Shown here: positions 17,344 to 25,733 of the stretch, piece by piece
Numbering within the stretch: position 1 is the stretch's first letter
Layout: the number at the start of each line of letters is the position of its first letter
Assembly: GCA_038844785.1 (NCBI GenBank)
Contig: JAWBRA010000022.1
Coordinates: forward strand, 1-27,387
DNA length: 27,387 nt
Origin: Candidatus Caldarchaeum sp.
GTDB taxonomy: Archaea > Thermoproteota > Nitrososphaeria_A > Caldarchaeales > Caldarchaeaceae
Direction: 5' to 3'
Program-made: the position numbers and the translations under genes
The notes under the pieces: model-generated
The model's input: the letters and a program-made list of their open reading frames with translations, nothing else
What the model was told of the DNA's origin: nothing
The model's database searches: none

Positions 17344-18072
17344 TCAAACACCCAAGTACGATTCAATAACTTCTGCTGACAGCGTAACCTCGCTGGGAAC
17401 GCCTTCAGCGATTTTTTTCCCGCTGTTCATGGCTACCAGCTTGTCCGAGACCGATGTTATGGCTTTCATGTCGTGGCTTACTATCAGAAATGACGTACCC
17501 CCTATCTTCATATCACGAACAGTTGAGAGAATTGTCTCCTTGATATTGGGATGCACTCCTGCCAGAGGCTCATCCATCAAGACAACTTTCGGATCTGTAA
17601 TTAAAGCCCTAGCTATCTCAAGCAGCTTTTGCTGCCCGCCTGAGAGCTCGGAGGCGAGCATGTTTTCCATACCTGTCAGCCCAACAAGCTTTAGAAGTTT
17701 TGAGGCCTTGTTATGCATTTCAGCACCCCCCAGCTCGGTTGAGGCCATAGGCACTAGCACATTTTCAAGCACAGTCATGTTTTTAAATAGCTTGGGTATC
17801 TGAAAGGTTCTCGCGAGGCCCATCCTCATCAACACGTGGGGGCGGAGGCCAGTAACCCTTACACCTTCAAGCTCAACATACCCGCTGTCGGGTTTGATGA
17901 GACCTGATATCAGGCTGAGCAGCGTTGTTTTTCCAGCCCCGTTAGGGCCTATCAACCCAACTATTTCGCAGCGGCCAACCTCTATATCTACGTTATCGAC
18001 AGCAGTCACTCCGCCGAACTTCTTCGTCATACCTAAAGCCCTTAACACCTTACCTCTTGACAAAACCTTCAC
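17344..18072 (-). CDS. livG: Liv-type ABC transporter ATP-binding protein (LivG-like)
   Basis: FGGVTAVD, GPNGAGKTT, ARTFQ, LSGGQQKLLEIARAL, MDEP and SHDM. Exact start uncertain. Confidence 0.92.
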   Translation of the reverse strand: MKVLSRGKVLRALGMTKKFGGVTAVDNVDIEVGRCEIVGLIGPNGAGKTTLLSLISGLIKPDSGYVELEGVRVTGLRPHVLMRMGLARTFQIPKLFKNMTVLENVLVPMASTELGGAEMHNKASKLLKLVGLTGMENMLASELSGGQQKLLEIARALITDPKVVLMDEPLAGVHPNIKETILSTVRDMKIGGTSFLIVSHDMKAITSVSDKLVAMNSGKKIAEGVPSEVTLSAEVIESYLGV

Positions 18073-19039
18073 CTCTCAGCTTAACAATCTTACGTTTCCG
18101 TGCAAACCATTCCACACCTCCTACGACTCCACGGGGAGCGAATCTAACTGTCAACGTAAGCAACACACCAAACAGGAGAAAGTGAACTTCAGGATAGTTT
18201 ACTAACAGGTTTATCTTGGATATGTAGAAGACTATGCTCCCGATAACAGGGCCGAGCACCGTTCCCGCACCACCTATCAAGACTACTATGTACATCTCGA
18301 TTGTAGTAGTTATCTGGAAAACGGTTTCAGGGTTTACATAGGTTGAAAGCCATGCGAAGATCCCGCCAACAAAGCCTGTGAAGAAAGCGCTGAAAGTGAA
18401 GACTAGCCTTTTGTATCTCGTTGTGTTCACACCCATCGATTCCGCCGCCTCCTCATTTTCTTTTATCGCCCTAAGCTCAACTCCTATGATGGATTTTATT
18501 ATAAGATAAAACAATGCCAGAAGACCTGTAAAAACCGCTAAAAGAGTATAGTATGCTTCAAAGAGCTCATAGCTTGTCAGAATCACCATGCCGTATGACC
18601 CTCCCAAAAAACCCATTTTCAAAAAGATCAGCCGAATGGTTTCGGCCAATCCTAAGGTAGCGATGGCAAAGTAAATCCCCCTAGTTCTCAACAAAGGAAG
18701 GGACAGCGCATATGCCAAGCCTGCAACAAACACCCCTGCTAGAAGAGGCGCTAGAGGCATCGGAATGCCTAAAAACTTGTAGAAGACAGCAACAGCGTAA
18801 GCTCCTAAACCATAGAATGCAACCTGTCCAAAATTCACGTAGCCTAGCAGGCCGTAAAAGAGGTTAAGAGCCATCCCTAAGCATGCGTATCTGAGAATCT
18901 CAAAAGCAATGGCTGTTTGGTACGTGGTTAAAATGAATGGGAAGATTATGAAGAGTATTGTTACTGCGATTAGAGGAGCGAGCTCCAAAAACCGTATTGG
19001 CGACACCAGTCTCAACGGCTTAGCCAAAGAGCTTTTCAC
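18050..19039 (-). CDS. livM: Liv-type ABC transporter permease (LivM-like)
   Basis: GYVNFGQVAFYGLGAY, RGIYFAIATL, AIKENEEAAESMGVN and IGGAGTVLGP. Confidence 0.9.
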   Translation of the reverse strand: MKSSLAKPLRLVSPIRFLELAPLIAVTILFIIFPFILTTYQTAIAFEILRYACLGMALNLFYGLLGYVNFGQVAFYGLGAYAVAVFYKFLGIPMPLAPLLAGVFVAGLAYALSLPLLRTRGIYFAIATLGLAETIRLIFLKMGFLGGSYGMVILTSYELFEAYYTLLAVFTGLLALFYLIIKSIIGVELRAIKENEEAAESMGVNTTRYKRLVFTFSAFFTGFVGGIFAWLSTYVNPETVFQITTTIEMYIVVLIGGAGTVLGPVIGSIVFYISKINLLVNYPEVHFLLFGVLLTLTVRFAPRGVVGGVEWFARKRKIVKLRGEGFVKR

Positions 19040-19895
19040 CTCTTACCACAATCGCCGAAACTATAATGGCCAACGCTAGACCTGTAGAGAACACCGGGTC
19101 TGTCAGAACAGAGAAAACAGACTCTATTGCTCCGAACGCTATCGCTGAAGCGAGGACGCCGAAAGGGTTTGTAACACCGCCGACGAGAACTATGGCGAAG
19201 GATTTCAGAGTGTACAGAGACCCCATGAAAGGATCGACGTGGGCTATGCTCCATGAAATCAGCCCGCCTGCAACGGAGGCTAAAACTATTCCTATGACAA
19301 AGCCTAAGAGATAAACCATGTCCATGTTTATTCCAACAAGTGCCGCGGCACGTCTGTTCTGGATGACGGCACGCAGGGCTGAACCCCAGTAGCTTCTGTA
19401 AAGGAAGATGAATAGAATGGCGACGAACGTTATAGCTATCGAGAAAGCTAGCAATCGGCTTCCAACAAGAGTTACGGGCCCTAAGGTCACATGGCCAAGC
19501 TCCAACGCAACCCCCCTGACGTCAACAGACCATATGAGGATGATTATGTTTATCATTATTAGTGAAAGTCCGAAAAGAGCAAGAAGACTCGCTAAAATTT
19601 CAATCTTAGCCAGCTGCCTGACAACAGAGAAGTATAGTATGGTTGCAAGCCCTAATCCAATCAAGGCCGAGGCTATGATGGCTGTCAAGACCTGCACCGA
19701 AAGCTCGCCACCTCGCATCATGTTTATGGCCCAGTATGAGGCATAAGCGCCCACCATAAGGAACTCTCCGTGAGCGACGTTAACAAGCCTTAAAACACCC
19801 CACGTAACCATCAGCCCTAAACTCGCCAGCGCGTAAATACCTCCTTGTAGAAGACCAAGTACTAGGGATTGCATCAGCAGCTCTGCAGACAGCAC
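19020..19895 (-). CDS. livH: Liv-type ABC transporter permease (LivH-like)
   Basis: GGIYALASLGL, VNVAHGEFLMVGAY, RAVIQNRRAAALVGIN and FAIVLVGG. GTG 19895 chosen because TTTAA lies ~26-30 nt upstream. Confidence 0.9.
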   Translation of the reverse strand: MLSAELLMQSLVLGLLQGGIYALASLGLMVTWGVLRLVNVAHGEFLMVGAYASYWAINMMRGGELSVQVLTAIIASALIGLGLATILYFSVVRQLAKIEILASLLALFGLSLIMINIIILIWSVDVRGVALELGHVTLGPVTLVGSRLLAFSIAITFVAILFIFLYRSYWGSALRAVIQNRRAAALVGINMDMVYLLGFVIGIVLASVAGGLISWSIAHVDPFMGSLYTLKSFAIVLVGGVTNPFGVLASAIAFGAIESVFSVLTDPVFSTGLALAIIVSAIVVRGEKLFG

Positions 19896-20024
19896 GGCTA
19901 GAGGTCTTTTTTCATAGGACTTAAACTTTTTTAGAGCTGACAATGTTCTGATGCAGTGTCCCGCAGACACTGGCTGCTGGGTTGTCGCGTAAATTCTTAT
20001 TAGAGCCGTTTGGTTAGCTTTTTC

Positions 20025-20945
20025 ATGGTTTTGTTTTTTGGAGCTGTGCTTCCCCGTTACGATGTAGAGGTCAGGAAGGTTGTTGACTTGGCCGTGGTGT
20101 TTGAGGGTTTGGGTTTTTCATCTCTCTGGGTTACTGACCATCTTCAGCCTCGGAGGGCTTCGACAGTTCTCGAGTCCTGGACTCTTCTCTCAGCTCTGGC
20201 TCCTGCTATAGACGTTAGGCTTGGAACATGCGTGCTCTGTGCATGCTACAGGCATCCTGCCCTGCTGGCTAAAATGGCTGCTACGCTGGATGTTGTGAGC
20301 GGCGGAAGGCTTGAGCTGGGGCTGGGAGTTGGGTCTGAGCCTCAGGAAGAGGAGCTGACGGCTTTGGGAATGGAGCGTTGGTCCGGTGGAGAAAGGTTTG
20401 AGAGGTTTCGTGAGTATGTGGAGGTTGTCCGCCTGCTGCTGACTGGGAAGGAGGCTGTGGATTTCAACGGCAGGTTTTACAAGCTTTCTAAAGCTGTCTG
20501 CAACACTCCGTCCTTTCAAAAACCATCCCCGCCTATCTGGGTTGGGGGTAGGAAGCGTCGGATGGCTGAGCTTGCCGCCGAACTAGGAGATGGATGGAAC
20601 TTTTACGGAGAAACCCTAGACGAGTACGAGAAGGTTACACGCATATACGATGAAAAATGTAAACAGTTAGGCCGTAAACCCGTAAAATCTGTTTTCACCA
20701 ACATACTGGTCTACACATCCGAATCCGACAGGCTTGAGAGGATGAGAAAGCTCGGTAGCTATAGCTCTGCTGAAGAAGCTTTGAGGAAAACGTTTACTCT
20801 TCTCCATGGCAAGCCCGACGAAGTCATCAGACAGGTTGAGCTTCTCCAAAGCCTAGGAGTGAGTTTAGTCATCGTCCGAGACATGGATGTTGAAGCCTCC
20901 AGCATCAATCTTTTCGCAAAAGAAGTTACCCCCTCGTTCGCCTAG
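20025..20945 (+). CDS. LLM-class (luciferase-like) flavin- or F420-dependent oxidoreductase
   Basis: GFSSLWVTDH, ESWTLLSALA, RHPALLAKMAATLDVVSGGRLELGLGVG and PPIWVGG...DGWN. Confidence 0.9.
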   Translation: MVLFFGAVLPRYDVEVRKVVDLAVVFEGLGFSSLWVTDHLQPRRASTVLESWTLLSALAPAIDVRLGTCVLCACYRHPALLAKMAATLDVVSGGRLELGLGVGSEPQEEELTALGMERWSGGERFERFREYVEVVRLLLTGKEAVDFNGRFYKLSKAVCNTPSFQKPSPPIWVGGRKRRMAELAAELGDGWNFYGETLDEYEKVTRIYDEKCKQLGRKPVKSVFTNILVYTSESDRLERMRKLGSYSSAEEALRKTFTLLHGKPDEVIRQVELLQSLGVSLVIVRDMDVEASSINLFAKEVTPSFA

Positions 20946-20978
20946 CAGTTTATTAAAAGCTTGGAAAAAATATTGGAC

Positions 20979-21395
20979 ATGAAATCATATTCTGAAACAA
21001 TCGTTTTAAACACAAGGTCTAGAGTTGAACTGAACGATGTCTCAGACAAGGTTGAGAAGATAGTGGCGGCTTCGGGTGTTAAAAACGGCTTGGTGAACGT
21101 TTTCTCCCTCCATACCACGTTGGCCCTCTACCTTAACGAGAATGAGCCAAACCTTAGACGCGACGTCCTCGAGCTTCTTGAAAGGCTTGCCCCAGAGGGC
21201 CGTGGATACCATCATGACACGATAGACCCGACAGCCAACACTTTTTCACACCTACGTTCAATACTTCTTTCGCCTGCTGTAACCCTCCCTGTAGAGAACG
21301 GCAGAACTGTAAGGGGTACGTGGCAGTCGATTATAGCAGCCGAGTTTGACGGACCTCGGACGAGAAAGCTTTACGTCCAGGTTCTGGGCGAATGA
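20979..21395 (+). CDS. yjbQ: YjbQ/UPF0047 family protein (secondary thiamine-phosphate synthase-like)
   Basis: HTT.AL.LNENEP, YHHD....N..SHLRS and GTWQSI..AEFDGPRTR. Confidence 0.92.
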   Translation: MKSYSETIVLNTRSRVELNDVSDKVEKIVAASGVKNGLVNVFSLHTTLALYLNENEPNLRRDVLELLERLAPEGRGYHHDTIDPTANTFSHLRSILLSPAVTLPVENGRTVRGTWQSIIAAEFDGPRTRKLYVQVLGE

Positions 21396-21400
21396 AAGCA

Positions 21401-22621
21401 CTAATCCACATACTCTCTTCCGATAAGCTCTCTGGCTACGATTAGCCGTAGAATGTTTTCAGCACCCTCAGCCCCCACTACATAGCTGAAAGCCGCCAGC
21501 CAAGCCCTGAATATCGGCGTCTCTTTGAAGTATGATGCTCCGCCGTAGATTTTCATTACTTCTTCTCCGATGTCTACGGCTAGTGAGGCGCATTTGAGCT
21601 TCGCCATCGCCCCCATTCTAGCGACGTCGCCGAGAGACCCGGCTTTATCCCGGTAGTATCTGTCAGCTGTCCATGCAGCCTTGTAGCTGAGCAGTTTAGC
21701 GGCTTCAAGCTCCGTCGCGAAATCAGCCAGCTTAAAGCTAACGCCTTGGTAGGAGGCTATTGGCTTACCGAATATTGTCCTTGTCCTAACCCATTCTATA
21801 GCTCTTTCAACCAGCCATCTTGCGCAGCCTACGCAGACAGCGCCTATCATGGTGCGGGCTAGGTTGAAGCCTTCCATGGCTATTTTAAAGCCGGAGTTGA
21901 CCTCTCCAACCCTGTAAACATCGTCGACAAGCACGTTGTTTATGGTCAGGACTGATGTGTCAAGCCCTCTTCTAGCAAACTCCGTCCAAGGCTTGTATGA
22001 GATGTTTTCAACTTTTACGCCGTTCTTCTTCATCAGAAGAATGAAGTCTGTTATGGTACGGTGTTTCTGAGCCGGGTCGCCTGTCCTAGCTATAAGAAAC
22101 CATCCGCCTCCCCAGGGCATCCTATCTATAATGGATGGAAGCGAAACCATGGATTTTTCACCGTTTATCCTCCAGCTTGTTTCGTTAACTTTAACCGCCT
22201 GGCATCTCACGGCTGAGACATCGCTACCTCCATGTGCTTCTGTGCTCGCTATCCCTATGGCTGCTTCACCTGCAGCAACCCTTGGAAGAACCTCGCGTTT
22301 AGCATCCTCGGAACCATACTTCTGTATGATGTAAGGCCATGAACATTGCAGAAGGTACATGACAGCTATCGAGAGGGCTGGACCGTGGTAGGCAAGCTCC
22401 TCTGCCGCTATGGCTGCTTCGAGGAAAGACCCGTCCTGTCCATTGTAGTCGGCTGATATCGTCATCCCCATCAAACCAACCTCAGCCATCTTCTCTATGA
22501 CAACTCTGTCAATCTCACCCTTCTCGTCTATCTCAACCCACCGAGGCTCTATCACCCGTTTACAGAACTCTGAAACCTTTTCACGGAGAAGCTCCTGCTC
22601 AGCACTCAGCCTGAAATCCAT
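21401..22621 (-). CDS. Acyl-CoA dehydrogenase
   Basis: MDFRLSAEQELLR, ASTEAHGGSD, INGEK, GFKIAMEGFNLAR, FGKPIASYQGVSF, MAKL and GAEGAENI. Confidence 0.92.
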   Translation of the reverse strand: MDFRLSAEQELLREKVSEFCKRVIEPRWVEIDEKGEIDRVVIEKMAEVGLMGMTISADYNGQDGSFLEAAIAAEELAYHGPALSIAVMYLLQCSWPYIIQKYGSEDAKREVLPRVAAGEAAIGIASTEAHGGSDVSAVRCQAVKVNETSWRINGEKSMVSLPSIIDRMPWGGGWFLIARTGDPAQKHRTITDFILLMKKNGVKVENISYKPWTEFARRGLDTSVLTINNVLVDDVYRVGEVNSGFKIAMEGFNLARTMIGAVCVGCARWLVERAIEWVRTRTIFGKPIASYQGVSFKLADFATELEAAKLLSYKAAWTADRYYRDKAGSLGDVARMGAMAKLKCASLAVDIGEEVMKIYGGASYFKETPIFRAWLAAFSYVVGAEGAENILRLIVARELIGREYVD

Positions 22622-22655
22622 GAAAAAAGCTCAAACACCTACCTTATTTACGTAA

Positions 22656-22940
22656 CTAGGGTTGTTCTATGACTATTTTTATGTAGCTGACTCTCCTTGG
22701 ACGGCCGTTCATGTTAAAATCCTCGCTCCAGATGGAAATATCCTTAACTCTAACGTCTTTCCTGAAGGATTTGCGGAGCAGCTCGACTGTGTCGACGCAG
22801 AGGGGGATGTTGCGGCCTCTGGCCACGAGCTCTATCTCCTTACAGCCTCTGTTTAACAGGGTTATAGAGGCTGTGACATACCGGAAGACAGGTTTTCGGC
22901 CCACTATAACCAGACGCGGCCTAGCCGAGGCTGCAGCCAT
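22656..22940 (-). CDS. albA: Alba DNA/RNA-binding chromatin protein
   Basis: VGRKPVFRYV, ARGRNI..CVDTVE and RRVSYIKIVI, in a 94-aa basic protein. Confidence 0.88.
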   Translation of the reverse strand: MAAASARPRLVIVGRKPVFRYVTASITLLNRGCKEIELVARGRNIPLCVDTVELLRKSFRKDVRVKDISIWSEDFNMNGRPRRVSYIKIVIEQP

Positions 22941-23113
22941 TTTAACATTTAGCGTTCTGGCACACTAATAACCTTTGTCAATGTTTCCGAAGCGTCCTAA
23001 ACGGCCGCGGCCTGCCGTTAAGAGGGATGGATTTTCCAGCGTCTGGAGAATTGATTAGGAGTTAGAGCCTCTTTAAAACTTATATCATGGCTGGAGAGCG
23101 GTACTCGAACCAA

Positions 23114-23371
23114 ATGGTTGAAGAAAAGCGGCTGACCAAGAAAGGCTGGGTCAGCCAGACGCCTGAGGGAGACCTTCTGCTCGTCAACGAGAACGGAGAG
23201 GCGTACAAGGTTAATGAGGCTGTCATCGCTGTGTGGAACCTTTTTGAGGACAAGACGGTCGGCGACGTTGTCGCAGAGGTCGCGGCTCAGATAAGCCGCG
23301 AGCCTTCGGAGATAAGGGAGTCGATTGAACAGCTTGCCGTAAAACTGTTGGAAGCAGGGTTAATCGGCTAA
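23114..23371 (+). CDS. PqqD-like / RiPP recognition element (RRE) winged-helix protein
   Basis: Short beta segments (LLLVNENGEAYKVNE) followed by AVIAVWNLFEDKTVGDVVAEVA...IEQLAVKLLEAGLI, matching the PqqD pattern. ATG 23114 chosen, with TTATAT ~30 nt upstream. ATG 23087 is the alternative. Confidence 0.65.
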   Translation: MVEEKRLTKKGWVSQTPEGDLLLVNENGEAYKVNEAVIAVWNLFEDKTVGDVVAEVAAQISREPSEIRESIEQLAVKLLEAGLIG

Positions 23372-23374
23372 TTC

Positions 23375-25129
23375 CTATAGGATTAAAACCGTGAGGACGG
23401 CGGCCGCGAAAGCCAGAGCGCCGGCTAGTGTGTAGGTTTTTACGCCGAACGAAACACTTCCAGCAACGACTTCGAGAAAGTCGGAGAAAACCTTCACATC
23501 TTTGAGGACTACAGACCTGTGCGTGGCCGCTGCCGGCGCTATGTTTGTGACGGCTTCTCTATAAACCTCGTCAATCAGCTTTGTGAGGATGGGGCGTTCA
23601 ATGGCCTCGCCCAGTGGATGGTATCCGCGGCCTCCGAGCGATACGGCGTTAACCATGTGAGTGTCTGTTGTGCAAAGCTCTGCTTCAACGCATCCATATC
23701 TTCTACCTATTTCGACCACTGCGTCCCTAACCCATGGCACTGCGTTGTTTGCGTCAGCCACGACCACCGCTGCTCTTCTGCCGCCAGCTTCAAAGACGAT
23801 GCATGAGATTCCGCCGGCTCCAACCCCTTCCGCCAAACCTATCTTAGAAGGCACGATTCTAGCAAAGCCTACGCTTACTCTGTTTACATCTTCCATATCA
23901 TGGTGTCTTGTGTTTTGTAGAAGCGTCTTGATTCTTTCTACAGAGCTCTTCTCCAAGGCTTCGAACCCGTCGCTGAAGCTGTTGTGTGCATCAACTACAA
24001 CAACTCTATCTGATGAGATGTCTGCTACTATATCCGGAGGAAGATCTTCCATGGGTTGAGGATGTAGTGTCAGAACAGTCATTGTTTTTCCAGCCATGCC
24101 CCAGGTCAGTGCGCTGACACCGTTCAAACTGTGTCTAATGGGGAACGTGAAAGGCTTTAACTGCGACGACGAACTCAAAGCCAACGCCTCTGAAGCTATC
24201 TGCTCGGCGATGCTTTGGGAAGTTTCAAATTTTGCGATGTTTTTTTCATGGCTTGAAAGACCTTTAAAAACAACTGATTCAAAGCCTTTCGCACCCAGCT
24301 TCTGCTGGACAAGGCTGGGGAACATGCTGGAGCCTACATTCCTGAAAGGCCCGGGATGAATCTCAGAGACAACGATAGCTAAAGGCTGCTGCCCCTCTCT
24401 CTTGACGACAAACAGCTCGCATCTAACTTCTTCAGGCCTCCCAAGCCTTTCCATCATCTCTTCAAGGTCTTCAGACCTTCCCGAAAGAAGGCTTGACAGA
24501 AAAGCTTGGAGCAGTGTAAAAGGTTTTACGTCTTGAAAGGATTTTACTCTGTCAATCACGTAACGACAGGCCTCCATAAAAGCTAAACCCACTATGTAAG
24601 CAGTGGCCGATGTCTGTAAAGCTTTCAGAAAGCTGTTAAGGTACACGTGGAGCGGTATAATGCCTAAAATCATGGGCTGTGTTGACAGAACAGCTGCGGT
24701 CAGAGGGTTTACCTTGTATCCGATAGCTCTTCTGACAGAATATCCCATGAATACAGCTGCCGTGGTGAACGAGGTTATGACAGCCACAGCTCCTGTTGGA
24801 TGCAAAACCCCTACAGTATAAGATATCGGTAAAGCAGCCGCTAAAACAATCATCTCAACTATCGACAATGCTGTGAGCCTCCTAGCTGTGTAGTTTTGGC
24901 AACGTTGGTTGAGGGTTTTTTCAACAACATAGTTAACGGGAAAAGTGATGATCAACGCTAGCGTGAAAGCTGTGAAAGCCAAAACCATGCTTCCAGTAAC
25001 AAAAACGGTAAACGCTGCAAAAAACACAGCCATGGCCAGTATAGTGGCGGCGGCTTTACCACGCCCCCCATGGAATCCTTTAATCAGCCTGTACTTGTCG
25101 GCTATCGCTCCAGCCGATGTGTTACCCAT
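23375..25129 (-). CDS. DUF2070 family membrane protein (predicted ceramidase-like hydrolase)
   Basis: N-terminal transmembrane bundle, then IHPGPF..VGSS, SSHE, MEDLP, VDAHNS, DANN and TTDTH motifs, and a C-terminal helix. Confidence 0.85.
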   Translation of the reverse strand: MGNTSAGAIADKYRLIKGFHGGRGKAAATILAMAVFFAAFTVFVTGSMVLAFTAFTLALIITFPVNYVVEKTLNQRCQNYTARRLTALSIVEMIVLAAALPISYTVGVLHPTGAVAVITSFTTAAVFMGYSVRRAIGYKVNPLTAAVLSTQPMILGIIPLHVYLNSFLKALQTSATAYIVGLAFMEACRYVIDRVKSFQDVKPFTLLQAFLSSLLSGRSEDLEEMMERLGRPEEVRCELFVVKREGQQPLAIVVSEIHPGPFRNVGSSMFPSLVQQKLGAKGFESVVFKGLSSHEKNIAKFETSQSIAEQIASEALALSSSSQLKPFTFPIRHSLNGVSALTWGMAGKTMTVLTLHPQPMEDLPPDIVADISSDRVVVVDAHNSFSDGFEALEKSSVERIKTLLQNTRHHDMEDVNRVSVGFARIVPSKIGLAEGVGAGGISCIVFEAGGRRAAVVVADANNAVPWVRDAVVEIGRRYGCVEAELCTTDTHMVNAVSLGGRGYHPLGEAIERPILTKLIDEVYREAVTNIAPAAATHRSVVLKDVKVFSDFLEVVAGSVSFGVKTYTLAGALAFAAAVLTVLIL

Positions 25130-25506
25130 ATAGACACCCTTTTTCTTGCTCTCTACGCATGAAAACTTAATTTAAGTTATTTATGTCCGTCTGTTTCTTC
25201 TTTTTTCTTGGTTTTTCCTTTAATACTCTGTTGCGGTTGGGCATCTATCCATGGTTTTGAATGTTTTACGGCATACGCTACAAAACCATTCTTCTTTATC
25301 ATAGTGGGGTGGACGCCCGAAGGAATAAACGGGGATTCTTCATAATCTTTATAAGTAAATCGGGGTATTCCATCCCCAACCCATAAAACTATCCTAACCT
25401 CTTTACCGTCGTTAGCCTCCTAGGTATTGTCGACTTAAGCTTTTTGGAAAGGCCGGCCCGACTTTAAACAGCCGTATCAAATAGATACGGCCCAAAAATT
25501 ATCAGT

Positions 25507-25570
25507 CGGCCTTTCTCATGGGTTTCCTTGACGTTGTTCTGGTTGACGGCCTCCAGCCAAACCCTCCCCT
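25507..25570 (-). repeat. Diverged dispersed repeat, copy 1 (inverted relative to 27151-27217)
   Basis: Reverse complement AGGGGAGGGTTTGGCTGGAGGCC (25548-25570) matches 27151-27173 at 22 of 23 nt, followed by looser similarity ending in GAGAAAGGCCG. Confidence 0.7.
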
Positions 25571-25733
25571 TATTCTTTCATCTTTTTAGTAACTGGAATG
25601 TTGAAGCCACCAGACCAAACACTTTCATAACCATATCATTTTGCATGCTGTTGAGTTACTCTCTATACCCGTCTCCTAAAACTATTCCTAACCGGCACAG
25701 ATCCAAAGAGGCGATGGAACGTGTGGATGAACA

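Noticed and set aside
19935-19946. AGCTGACAATGT as a relic IS6 inverted repeat marking an inversion breakpoint
   Set aside because: Only 9 of 12 positions match and the terminal CC is missing, so it is compatible with chance.
20025-22621. LLM oxidoreductase, YjbQ and second ACAD as members of the mutase pathway
   Set aside because: They lie beyond the transporter at the apparent edge of the accessory region, next to Alba and DUF2070. Nothing in the sequence links them to the pathway, though it cannot be excluded.
25220-25340. Minus-strand frame with a CxxC motif (WFCSVCRKTF) as a zinc-finger microprotein
   Set aside because: No convincing start codon before the upstream in-frame stop and only ~39 codons. 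At most a remnant.
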